From: an uncultured Clostridia bacterium
GTDB taxonomy: Bacteria; Bacillota; Clostridia; Christensenellales; UBA1242
NCBI GenBank assembly: GCA_944372585.1
Contig: CALVZQ010000003.1
Span: 26,754-90,753, forward strand
Length of the DNA: 64,000 nucleotides
Direction: 5' to 3'
A program made the translations under genes and the position numbers. Below, one piece after another: positions 8,857-17,615 of this stretch (positions are counted from its first letter, which is position 1; each line of letters starts with the position of its first letter). The notes beneath the pieces are model-generated. The model did no database searches and was not told the DNA's origin. It saw only the letters and a list, made by a program, of their open reading frames with translations.

Positions 8857-9978
8857 ATGATTTATCTTGATAATGCAGGAACTACAAAAATGTTTGAAGA
8901 GTGCGTTAAAGTTCATCGCAAGTTTTCTTGCGAACAATTTTATAATCCTTCGGCTTTGTCAACACAGTCAATGGAAGTTTCAAAATGCATCTCTCAAGCA
9001 GAAAGCTATTTTTTGAAAAGATTGGGTGCAAAGGTCGGAAATGTTTTGTTTACTGGTTGTGCCACTGAAAGCAACAATCTTGCCATCAAGGGAAGTTTGA
9101 GAAATGGCGATTGGGAGTATGTGTTTTCAGAAGGTGAACATCCTTCCGTTTATAATGTTGCAAAAATGATGGAATTAGATGGGCTTAAAGTTCATTTTGT
9201 TCCACTAAATAAAGAAGGGAAAGTTGATTTGAAAGAACTTGAAAAAGTTTTGAGCGAAAAAACTCGACTGATAAGCATTATGCATGTCAGCAATGAAACT
9301 GGTGCAATTAATGACTTAATTGCGATTTCAAAACTGAAAGACAGACTCTGTCCTAGGGCTATTTTGCATGTTGACGGAGTTCAAGGTTTTATGAAGATTC
9401 CTTTTTCTTTGCAGACGACAAGCATTGACTTGTATTCTTTCAGCGCTCACAAGATTCATGGACCAAAAGGAGTTGCAGGGCTCTATGTGAAAAATAAAGG
9501 TGCTTTGAAAGAATTGTATCAAGGTGGCGGTCAGCAATATGGCTTAAGATCAGGGACAGAAAATGTTTCTGGGATTATGCAGTTTATGAAGGCGGTTGAA
9601 CTTATTGATGAAAGAAGGAATTTTGATCATGTCCAAACCTTGAAACAGAAATTTAATTCTGTGATTATGGGGTTGAAAGATATCAAAATTTTGGATTTTG
9701 GTGGTTCTCCATACATAGAAAGTTTGATTTTTAGCGGTGTTAAAGGTGAAACAATGCTTCACGCGTTGAATGAAAGGGGTGTTATTGTTGGACTTGGAAG
9801 TGCTTGTTCGTCTAAAAAAGCGGGAAATCGTGTGCTGGACAAAATTGGAATTTCTAAAGATGATATAATTTCAAGTGTTAGAATAAGTTTTAATGCTTAT
9901 CAATCTGTTGAAGATATTGAAGAAGCCGGTGAGATTATTCTTCAGGTCTATAAAGATATATTGCAAAGGGTGTCATGA
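8857..9978 (+). CDS. class V aminotransferase / cysteine desulfurase, NifZ/IscS-like, paired with thiI
   Basis: YLDNAGTT N-terminus, SAHKIHGPKG PLP-lysine motif and SACSS active-Cys loop. Start set at ATG 8857 behind GAGGGAG. The stop overlaps the thiI start region. Confidence 0.85.
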   Translation: MIYLDNAGTTKMFEECVKVHRKFSCEQFYNPSALSTQSMEVSKCISQAESYFLKRLGAKVGNVLFTGCATESNNLAIKGSLRNGDWEYVFSEGEHPSVYNVAKMMELDGLKVHFVPLNKEGKVDLKELEKVLSEKTRLISIMHVSNETGAINDLIAISKLKDRLCPRAILHVDGVQGFMKIPFSLQTTSIDLYSFSAHKIHGPKGVAGLYVKNKGALKELYQGGGQQYGLRSGTENVSGIMQFMKAVELIDERRNFDHVQTLKQKFNSVIMGLKDIKILDFGGSPYIESLIFSGVKGETMLHALNERGVIVGLGSACSSKKAGNRVLDKIGISKDDIISSVRISFNAYQSVEDIEEAGEIILQVYKDILQRVS

Positions 9979-9979
9979 T

Positions 9980-11143
9980 ATGAAAAAAGTTTTGTTGTTG
10001 AAATTTGGTGAGCTTTTTCTGAAAGGTAAAAATCGAAGAGAGTTTATAAAACTTCTTAAACATAATATAGTTAAGAAATTGTCCGGTTTTGATTTTCAAC
10101 TTTCTGAAACCCAAGGAAGATTGGTGATTTCTGATTATTCGGAATTAAACGAAGATGAAATTGTTTCAAAACTTCAAACTGTGTTTGGTTTGATTGGTGT
10201 GGCATCTGCTGTTGAAATTGACACTTCTTTGGAAGGGATTGAAAACGAAATCAAGAACATTGATTTGTCTGGGGTTAAAACTTTTAAAGTTGAAGTTAAG
10301 CGTGCCGACAAAACTTTTGATATGACTTCTATGGAATTGGAAAGACATTTGGGCGGAGTTGTTTTGAATCTGTTTCCAAATTTGAAGGTTGATTTGTACA
10401 ATCCGGAACTTGTGCTTTTTGTTGAACTTAGAGTTAATAAGAAAACTTACATATATAAAAGTCTTCTGCCATGTGCTGGTGGGCTTCCGCTTGGGAGCGC
10501 TGGAAAAGCGCTTTTGCTTTTGTCTGGTGGAATTGACAGCCCAGTGGCAGGTTACTTGATGTCAAAGCGTGGACTTAGATTGGAGGCAGTGCACTTCCAT
10601 TCTTATCCATATACTAGTGTGCAAGCAAAAGAAAAGGTTATTGAACTTGCAAATTTGATTTCAAAGTATTGTGGGGAAATTAAACTCCATGTTGTTTCTT
10701 TCACAGAGATTCAAGAACAAATTCATAAAAATTGTGATGAAGAGTATATGATCACAATTATGAGAAGAATTATGATGCGTATCGCTGAACGAATCTGTCA
10801 TGAAAATGATTTGGGGGCAATTGTTACAGGGGAGAGTCTTGGACAGGTTGCAAGCCAAACTATGCAAAGTATGACTGTGACAAATTCGGTTGTAAGTTTG
10901 CCAGTTTTCAGACCTGTGATTGCTTACGACAAAGAAGAGATTATGAGTGTGGCAAAAAAAATTGGAACATATGAAACTTCAATTCTTCCTTATGAAGATT
11001 GTTGCACGGTTTTCTTGCCAAAGAATCCTGTCATCAGGCCTACAATCAGAAGGGCGGAATATTTAGAAAAAAATCTCGACATTGAAAACTTGATTAATGA
11101 AGCGCTTGCTAATGAAGAGATTATTGAAATTAAAAATTATTAA
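9980..11143 (+). CDS. thiI: tRNA 4-thiouridine synthase ThiI
   Basis: LLKFGELFLKGKNR N-terminus, THUMP region and PP-loop LLLSGGIDSPVAG. Start set at ATG 9980, 1 nt after the desulfurase stop. Confidence 0.9.
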   Translation: MKKVLLLKFGELFLKGKNRREFIKLLKHNIVKKLSGFDFQLSETQGRLVISDYSELNEDEIVSKLQTVFGLIGVASAVEIDTSLEGIENEIKNIDLSGVKTFKVEVKRADKTFDMTSMELERHLGGVVLNLFPNLKVDLYNPELVLFVELRVNKKTYIYKSLLPCAGGLPLGSAGKALLLLSGGIDSPVAGYLMSKRGLRLEAVHFHSYPYTSVQAKEKVIELANLISKYCGEIKLHVVSFTEIQEQIHKNCDEEYMITIMRRIMMRIAERICHENDLGAIVTGESLGQVASQTMQSMTVTNSVVSLPVFRPVIAYDKEEIMSVAKKIGTYETSILPYEDCCTVFLPKNPVIRPTIRRAEYLEKNLDIENLINEALANEEIIEIKNY

Positions 11144-11195
11144 AATTTGCTTGAGTGCGAAAATTGTGCTGAGATGTTTGTTATAAAATTGTGAA

Positions 11196-11252
11196 AATAT
11201 GGCGAGCATTAACAGGTGGCAGCAATGTGTTGATGTAAACGCCATATTTTTT
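11196..11252 (+). terminator. compound hairpin plus T-run after thiI
   Basis: AATATGGCG (11196-11204) pairs with CGCCATATT (11240-11248), with inner stem CATTAACA/TGTTGATG, then TTTTTT. Confidence 0.4.
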
Positions 11253-11313
11253 ATTTTGTAATTTGAGAGAGATGATTGGGTGAGTTGTTGTGGCTGGTTG
11301 TTAATAATTAAAT

Positions 11314-11341
11314 GGCATATCTCATTGATATGTCTTTTTTT
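11314..11341 (+). terminator. orphan intrinsic terminator inside the thiI-argR gap
   Basis: GGCATATC-TCATT-GATATGTC 8-bp stem followed by TTTTTTT. No CDS lies upstream of it. Confidence 0.55.
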
Positions 11342-11522
11342 ATGTTATATCATTATACGGATTGTTGGGCGAGTGTTTGTGGGTTTGGTGGTTGATGTCT
11401 TATGTGGGTGGTTGTAGGTTGATTGCTACTCTTTGGAATTAAATTTATAAAATGTATATTGGCTTATAATTATAAATTTTGATTTTATAAATTTTCATAA
11501 ATTCATATTTTTATAAAAAATG

Positions 11523-11540
11523 AATGAATAAATATACAAA
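11523..11540. promoter_or_regulatory. ARG-box-like site just upstream of the argR -35
   Basis: AATGAATAAATATACAAA compared with the ARG box wnTGAATwwwwATTCAnw; only one core mismatch. Confidence 0.3.
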
Positions 11541-11546
11541 AATCAC

Positions 11547-11575
11547 TTGCATATTTATAAATTTTAATGTATAAT
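11547..11575 (+). promoter_or_regulatory. sigma-A type promoter of argR
   Basis: TTGCAT (11547-11552), 17-nt spacer, TATAAT (11570-11575). Confidence 0.6.
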
Positions 11576-11585
11576 AATGAAAAAT

Positions 11586-11603
11586 GCATGAATAAACATA
11601 AAT
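11586..11603. promoter_or_regulatory. weaker ARG-box-like site just downstream of the predicted argR TSS
   Basis: GCATGAATAAACATAAAT. The left half TGAAT is intact and the right half is degenerate. Confidence 0.2.
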
Positions 11604-11668
11604 TTATAATTATGCATAAAGGCTACATCGCCCTAATTTAGCGGTGTGTAGAGATTAAGGAGTTTGAA

Positions 11669-12121
11669 ATGGCAAGAAGTTCAAGACAGTCAAAAATTTT
11701 GGAATTGATTTCAACCAAAGAGATTGAAACTCAAGAAGAGTTGGCCAAAGAATTGAAAAATGCAAATTTTGAAATTACTCAAGCCACTATTTCTCGTGAT
11801 ATCAAAGAACTTGGTTTGACGAAAATTTTGAGCAGTTCTGGCAAATATAAATATGCTATTCTTGGTTCTGAACAACAAGTCGTTTCAAATAAATACATAA
11901 ACATATTCAAGGAATGCGTTATCTCTGTTAAGTCTGCTTTGAATTTGGCTGTTGTGAAAACAATCAAAGGAATGGGTGTCAGTGTTTGCTCGTTTATTGA
12001 CAAATTGAATTTAACAGAACTTATGGGTGCAACTTATGGAGATGATACCGTTTTGTTGGTTTTTCCTTCTACAACTTTTGCTAGCGAAGCAGTTGTAACT
12101 TTAAACCAACTTATGTTATAA
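11669..12121 (+). CDS. argR: arginine repressor ArgR/AhrC
   Basis: RQSKILELISTKEIETQEELAKELK..ITQATISRDIKELGL winged-helix N-terminus and GDDTVLLV C-terminal oligomerisation motif. RBS is AAGGAG. Confidence 0.9.
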   Translation: MARSSRQSKILELISTKEIETQEELAKELKNANFEITQATISRDIKELGLTKILSSSGKYKYAILGSEQQVVSNKYINIFKECVISVKSALNLAVVKTIKGMGVSVCSFIDKLNLTELMGATYGDDTVLLVFPSTTFASEAVVTLNQLML

Positions 12122-12188
12122 TGATGTAGATTAAAAGGGGCTGAAATTTTGCCTCTTTTATGATTAAAAATTTGTTGGAGTATGTTTG

Positions 12189-13850
12189 ATGTTATCCTCA
12201 CTTTCTCTAAATAATGTTGCTTTGATAAAAAAGCAGACTATTGAGTTTCAAAAGGGTTTTAATTGCATCTTGGGACAATCTGGAGCCGGCAAGAGTATTA
12301 TCATTGATGCCCTCAGTTTTTCATTGGGTGCAAAGGCTGACAAAAATTTGATTCGCTCAGGAGAAAATGCTTTGAGGGTTGATACTGTCTTTACCGACCT
12401 TTCAGATGCTGAGAAGCGCTTTCTTGATGAAATGGAAATAGATTATGATGATGAAGTAATTATAACAAGAACTCTCAATGCTGATGGGAAATCTTCTATA
12501 AAGATTAATGGCTTTCCTGCAACAGCAAAAATGCTTAAAGATTTTGCAGGGTCTATGGTTGACTTCTGTGGACAACATGACAGTGTTGGACTTTTGAATG
12601 TCAACAATCATTTGGCTTTGCTTGATAGATTTGCTGGGAGTGATGTTGCCAAACTTAAGTCCAATGTTGAGAGTTTGTTTGAAGCTGTCAAGGAGACAGA
12701 AAAGAAGATTCAATCTCTTGGTGGCAATGACGCAGAAAGAGAAAGAACAAAGGAATTGTTGGAATATCAGATCCAAGAAATTGAAAATGCTGGTTTGACA
12801 GTTGGTGAAGATGTGGAATTGAGAGAAAGATTTGAATTCATTTCTTCAGCTGAAAACATTTTTGAAAAGGTTGGAGAAGCCCTCAGCAAACTTGATGAAC
12901 AGAGAGATAATGCTGTGGCGTTGCTGTATGAAGCAAAAAACTCACTTTCTGAATTTGCAAATTTTAAAGATATTGAAGATTGCAAAGAGAGAATTGAAAA
13001 CTGTTATTATGAAATTAAAGATGTTGTTGACACGCTTGAAGGGATTAAACAAAACACTGATTTTGATCCTAAAGAGCTTGAAAGAATTGATGCTAGGCTT
13101 GATCTAATCAAGAGCTTGTCAAAGAAATATGGCAAAACCATTGAGGATATTTTGCAGTATTTGAATAGATGCAAATTACAACTAGATGAGTTGGAAAACA
13201 GTCGATTTATTCTGGAAAAACTTCAAAAGGAACTTCAAGAAAGAGAGGTTGCACTGACTGATGCTTGCAAGGCTTTGAGTGCTGAAAGAAAAAAGTACGC
13301 AAAACTTCTCGAAGAACAACTCACGAAACAACTTGAAGACCTTGAAATGAAAGGAACATATTTCAAAGTATCTTTTGAAGATGTTGCGTGTTCTTCCAAG
13401 GGGTGTGACAGTGTCAAGTTTATGTTTTCAGCAAATATTGGGCAGGAGATTAAGGACTTACATAAAACGGCTTCTGGTGGAGAGTTGTCAAGACTGCTTC
13501 TTGCGTTTAAAAATGTCATGCTTGACAAGGAGAATGTGCAAACAGTTGTTTTTGATGAGATAGACGCTGGAATAAGTGGTCACACCGCAGGAAGACTTGC
13601 TGAAAAATTGGAAAATATTTCCAAATATACTCAAATTATTTGCATTACTCACACGCCAGTTGTTGCATCAAAAGCTGATGCGTTTTTGTTGGTTGAGAAA
13701 AATGTTATCGAAGATAACACGGTTTCAACGGTCAAGAGTTTGGATAGACAGCAGGCGATCTTTGAAGTTGCAAGGTTGATCGATGGTGGAAAAGATGTTT
13801 CAGAAACCGCAATTGAGCATTCCAAAAAACTTTTTGATGCTAAGTTATAA
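12189..13850 (+). CDS. recN: DNA repair protein RecN
   Basis: Walker A GQSGAGKSIIIDA, long coiled-coil middle, signature SGGELSRLLLAF and VVFDEIDAG. The argR-recN order matches Bacillus and Clostridium. Confidence 0.92.
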   Translation: MLSSLSLNNVALIKKQTIEFQKGFNCILGQSGAGKSIIIDALSFSLGAKADKNLIRSGENALRVDTVFTDLSDAEKRFLDEMEIDYDDEVIITRTLNADGKSSIKINGFPATAKMLKDFAGSMVDFCGQHDSVGLLNVNNHLALLDRFAGSDVAKLKSNVESLFEAVKETEKKIQSLGGNDAERERTKELLEYQIQEIENAGLTVGEDVELRERFEFISSAENIFEKVGEALSKLDEQRDNAVALLYEAKNSLSEFANFKDIEDCKERIENCYYEIKDVVDTLEGIKQNTDFDPKELERIDARLDLIKSLSKKYGKTIEDILQYLNRCKLQLDELENSRFILEKLQKELQEREVALTDACKALSAERKKYAKLLEEQLTKQLEDLEMKGTYFKVSFEDVACSSKGCDSVKFMFSANIGQEIKDLHKTASGGELSRLLLAFKNVMLDKENVQTVVFDEIDAGISGHTAGRLAEKLENISKYTQIICITHTPVVASKADAFLLVEKNVIEDNTVSTVKSLDRQQAIFEVARLIDGGKDVSETAIEHSKKLFDAKL

Positions 13851-13879
13851 TATGTAAAAATTGTTATAAGAAAATAACT

Positions 13880-13912
13880 AAGACAAGAAAAATTAATCTT
13901 GTCTTTTTTTTT
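13880..13912 (+). terminator. intrinsic terminator after recN
   Basis: AAGACAAG-loop-CTTGTCTT followed by a long T-run. Confidence 0.7.
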
Positions 13913-14017
13913 GTTTTTTATTAAAAGTTACAGTGCTCGCTTATTCCATTATTCAACAAATTCTTCATTATTGAGACGATTGATTCATACAATAAATTTA
14001 TAAGGAGTGTTTGTCCA

Positions 14018-14653
14018 ATGCTTGAATTTTTTTCAGATAACTTTTCAGATTGTATTTTCTTGGCAGTTATGTTTATGGCAATGATTCCAACTATTGAAAG
14101 TAAGGTGGCAATCCCTTTTGCTATGGCTGGGCAAATATGGGGCGATAATGTACTTTCTCCTGGAATGGCATTTTTAAGCGCTTGTTTGGGAAGTATGTTG
14201 CCAGCAATTGTCGTCATATTGCTTGCTCGATTAATTAAAAACAAAACAAGCGGTTTTGTTCATGACAAGTTTGTTTCAAAAATTCAAGAGAAATATAAAA
14301 CCAAATTTTCCAAACTGGATAAAAAAGAATCAACCTTCAAAAAATGCTTGCTTTTGTCAACATTTGTTGCTGTTCCATTGCCTTTGACAGGCGTTTATAC
14401 AGGCAGTTTGATTGCTGGATTTACCAATTTGAAAATTTGGCAATCATTCGTTTCAATCTTTGTTGGAGAAATCTTTTCTTGTCTTGCAATTTTGCTTCTT
14501 TGTTTGTTCTTTGAAAATTCCGCTTTTTATATTTTCATGTTTTCGCTTATATTTGTTGCTTTATATTTAATTATTAATGTTGTCATCTTCCTTGTTAAAA
14601 AACTTTTAATCAAAAGACATAAAGAGAATGTCGTTGAAAACGATGCTAATTAA
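14018..14653 (+). CDS. polytopic membrane protein, putative small multidrug export family (PF06695-like)
   Basis: 211 aa with multiple TM helices. MIPTIESKVAIPFAMAG resembles the P-x-IE-x-R-x-AIP signature of that family as I recall it. RBS is AAGGAG. Confidence 0.5.
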   Translation: MLEFFSDNFSDCIFLAVMFMAMIPTIESKVAIPFAMAGQIWGDNVLSPGMAFLSACLGSMLPAIVVILLARLIKNKTSGFVHDKFVSKIQEKYKTKFSKLDKKESTFKKCLLLSTFVAVPLPLTGVYTGSLIAGFTNLKIWQSFVSIFVGEIFSCLAILLLCLFFENSAFYIFMFSLIFVALYLIINVVIFLVKKLLIKRHKENVVENDAN

Positions 14654-14803
14654 AGATATGAAAATTTTAGGAGATAAAAAAGAAAAGAGATGATTGTTTT
14701 GTTCTGCACGAACTAAAATATCTCTTTTCGTTTTTAAGTTAAGTTTTCTCATTGAAAATCTTAACTTACTTATATAATGCGTCAAATTTTTTCAAATATA
14801 CAT

Positions 14804-16675
14804 TTATTTGGCAAATTTTTTATAAATAAATTTCTTGATGTAGTAATTGACTGGAAAAGCAATCAAAAGTCCTAAGATTGGAACTAGGAGGGTGGTTAAG
14901 AATTCACCCATTGTTTCATATTGCATTCCGCAAATGATGTTAATTACCAAAACAACGATTGATGCTAATACAAAAACTGCCCAATTTATTATGCTGTTGT
15001 AAATTAATACTGCTTTTTTGCTTATTGAAACTTTGTAAACAATCAATGTGTAAATGAAATATACAAGGAAGAGAATAGGCAGGGTGTAATACATGAAATT
15101 GGTTTCTGCTTTAGTCAAACCTACTGCACTCAAAATTCCATAAAGCACTCCACAACCAACGCCAGCCAAAAGGAGCAATATTGCAGAACTTATGAATTTG
15201 AGCAAGTTGGTGTTGTGATTTCTTTCGACTGATGTTTTCTTATATTCCTTGAAATCAATGCCGTGTCCAGCATAATATTTTTTCAAAGTTCCATAATCTG
15301 CGAAACTTTCCATATCTGAATAGTTTTGGCTTTCTTCAGTTTGTGGAATGTATTCAACTTGTTTCTTCTCTTTTTTGCGTTCAAAGAGTTTTGCCATCAT
15401 GTCTTTGTAAGTAGGCTCCAAATTGCTGTCACGCTTTGGTGCAGGCAAATTGTCATCATAGATGTTAACTTCAATGTTTGGTGGGGTAATCTTCTTTTGA
15501 ATTGGAATTTGACTTTCGTCAATTCTTGGGTTTGTGATGAAGATGGCGTCATCTTTGCGTTCTTCTTCGCCACTCACAACATCTTCTGAGATTTCTTCTT
15601 TCCTATAAGAAAAACCACTGTCAATGCCGGTTTGTGATGAGTTTTTGTTTGTTTGTGACTTCTCAAATGTTGCAGGTTGCTGAATGTTGTCAAATCCGTT
15701 TTGTCTTGCATTCAACATTGACTGTTTAAGTTGTTCGATTCTTGCTTTTTGAATTTCTCTATCTTCAGCATTTTCATAAACAACAGACATTTCAATCTGG
15801 TTTTCAGAGAAAGATTTTTTCTTTCTATATTTCTTGAGTTCACTTGAAGTGTCATACAATCTTCTGTTTTGTTCTTCTTGGAAAGGGGTAAGGGTCAATT
15901 TTTCGTCTTCATCCAAGAGTTTTGCATCGTCCTTTATCTCTTCTGTCTCTGGTTGCTGTGGATATGAATTGGTTTCAAGAATGTTTTGATAATATTGAAT
16001 TTTTTCATAATCTTGATCTTGAGTGTTTTCGTTCAATTCTTCTGTCGAATTTGAGTCTGTTTGTGCATCGATGTTTTCGACAGAATTGCCAAATGAGAAA
16101 GTTTCGGTCTCATTATCAACAGTTTCAGTTTGTTCAGGTTGATATGAGAAGAAATCCATTTGATTTTCAACAACCTCATCGTCCTCGTTAGTTTGTTGGG
16201 CGCTTATGGTTTGTGAGTTTTTGTTTTCTTCGCTTTTCACCATATTAAAAATGCTATCTTGTTGCAAAAAGATAGGCTTGTCTTCTTTCATAGTTTCTTG
16301 ATCAGCTGAATTATATTCGTTTGAAACAGCATTGCTGCTTTCATGAGAGGTTGTCTCTTCGCTGGAATCATTTTCTGTGCTGAATTGCATATCTTCAAAT
16401 TCTGGAGCGAGTTGTTCCAAAACTTTCTTACCTTCGTTTGTTATGGTGTAATAGTGTCTTTTGCCACCAAATTCACTTTCTCCCCAATATGAAGATGAAA
16501 CCAAACCTTTCTTTTCCATTCTTGTCAAACATGAATAAAGGGTTGGTTTTTTCATTATATAGTTTCCGCCAGTTTTTTGGGAGATAAATTCTATGATTTC
16601 CAAACCATATTTGGAACCATGTGAAAGGCTGTCTAACACCAAAAATTGAATTTGACCATTTGAATTGAATGCCAT
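14804..16675 (-). CDS. PadR-family winged-helix regulator fused to a roughly 360-aa acidic low-complexity linker and a C-terminal 4-TM anchor
   Basis: The N-terminus FLVLDSLSHGSKYGLEIIEFISQKTGGNYIMKKPTLYSCLTRMEKKGLVSSSYWGESEFGGKRHYYTITNEGKKVL is a typical PadR fold signature. The C-terminal 130 aa contains four hydrophobic helices. RBS is AGGAGAA. Confidence 0.75.
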   Translation of the reverse strand: MAFNSNGQIQFLVLDSLSHGSKYGLEIIEFISQKTGGNYIMKKPTLYSCLTRMEKKGLVSSSYWGESEFGGKRHYYTITNEGKKVLEQLAPEFEDMQFSTENDSSEETTSHESSNAVSNEYNSADQETMKEDKPIFLQQDSIFNMVKSEENKNSQTISAQQTNEDDEVVENQMDFFSYQPEQTETVDNETETFSFGNSVENIDAQTDSNSTEELNENTQDQDYEKIQYYQNILETNSYPQQPETEEIKDDAKLLDEDEKLTLTPFQEEQNRRLYDTSSELKKYRKKKSFSENQIEMSVVYENAEDREIQKARIEQLKQSMLNARQNGFDNIQQPATFEKSQTNKNSSQTGIDSGFSYRKEEISEDVVSGEEERKDDAIFITNPRIDESQIPIQKKITPPNIEVNIYDDNLPAPKRDSNLEPTYKDMMAKLFERKKEKKQVEYIPQTEESQNYSDMESFADYGTLKKYYAGHGIDFKEYKKTSVERNHNTNLLKFISSAILLLLAGVGCGVLYGILSAVGLTKAETNFMYYTLPILFLVYFIYTLIVYKVSISKKAVLIYNSIINWAVFVLASIVVLVINIICGMQYETMGEFLTTLLVPILGLLIAFPVNYYIKKFIYKKFAK

Positions 16676-16697
16676 ATTACAATTCTCCTATAACAAA

Positions 16698-16726
16698 ATT
16701 ATATATATACAAACAATATTTGTCAA
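16698..16726 (-). promoter_or_regulatory. consensus sigma-A promoter of the PadR-TM gene
   Basis: On the minus strand: TTGACA (16726-16721), 17-nt spacer, TATAAT (16703-16698). Confidence 0.65.
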
Positions 16727-16737
16727 ATAAATTAAGG

Positions 16738-16828
16738 GGTATTATGCAAAAAAAATTTGATTGCATACTATAACAAAATATCATAGTGATATGCAACATA
16801 AGACACAAGATATGGTGGTGATATGCAA
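16738..16828. repeat. intergenic motif cluster 3 (between the divergent PadR-TM and DUF45 promoters)
   Basis: GGTATTATGCA (16738-16748), inverted TTGCATACTATAAC (16761-16774), and GTGATATGCAA twice (16786-16796, 16818-16828). Confidence 0.6.
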
Positions 16829-16863
16829 AATTCGACCAAATATTTGGACAAAGCCAAAATCTT

Positions 16864-16892
16864 TTGATTTTTGATTTCAAAAGTGTTATCAT
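16864..16892 (+). promoter_or_regulatory. sigma-A type promoter abutting the DUF45 gene start (leaderless architecture)
   Basis: TTGATT (16864-16869), 17-nt spacer ending in TGT, TATCAT (16887-16892). The ATG follows 6 nt later at 16899 with no SD. Confidence 0.5.
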
Positions 16893-16898
16893 ATAGGC

Positions 16899-17528
16899 AT
16901 GAAAATCAAACTTATCAAAGAACAAAGAAAAACGATCGCTCTGAAAGTGGTTGACAGTGAGAATGCCATTTTGAAAGCACCAAAAAGCATTAGTGACAAA
17001 AAGATTGAAGAGTTTTTGAAGAGCAAGGCGAATTGGTTGAATCGTGTTACAAAAAGAATGAAAGAAACAGAACAGTTTTCTACTGCTTTCGACTTTGAAA
17101 AATTTATTTATCTTGACGGAAAGCAATTCATTTCCACAAATGAAATCAGTATTGGTTTTGAAAAGTTGAGTGCAAAGAACAAATGGGAAGAAATAAGGAA
17201 ATATTATTTGTCATTGTTTTGGAAACTGGAAGAACTTGCAGATAAGTTGTCAAAAGAGACAGGGCTTAAATTCAAAGAAATTAAGCCTTCTAATTCTGTG
17301 CGTGTTTGGGGAAGTTATAATTCAAAAGGACAGATGAAATTGAACTTCAAACTGCTTGTTTTGCCAGAAAGGTTGATTAGGTATGTTATTTATCATGAAT
17401 TGTGTCACAGCATTCATATGAATCACAAACCACAGTTTTGGAAAGACTTGGAAAAACTTTGTCCTAATTACAAAGCACTTAAGAAAGAGCTTAGTCAATT
17501 TTCATTTGTTCTTAAGACAGCTTTCTAA
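16899..17528 (+). CDS. DUF45 / YgjP-like zinc metallopeptidase (HExxH)
   Basis: 209 aa. The N-terminal pattern RKTIALKV...L.AP......I..FL..K..W and the HELCH motif in YVIYHELCHSIHMNH are typical of the DUF45 (M48-related) family. Confidence 0.75.
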   Translation: MKIKLIKEQRKTIALKVVDSENAILKAPKSISDKKIEEFLKSKANWLNRVTKRMKETEQFSTAFDFEKFIYLDGKQFISTNEISIGFEKLSAKNKWEEIRKYYLSLFWKLEELADKLSKETGLKFKEIKPSNSVRVWGSYNSKGQMKLNFKLLVLPERLIRYVIYHELCHSIHMNHKPQFWKDLEKLCPNYKALKKELSQFSFVLKTAF

Positions 17529-17615
17529 AAGTATTAAAAGATCTGGCTTTATGGTCAGATTTTTATTTTTGAATATGGCATATTTTTTCAAATATTACAA
17601 AGACTAAAAGCAGTT

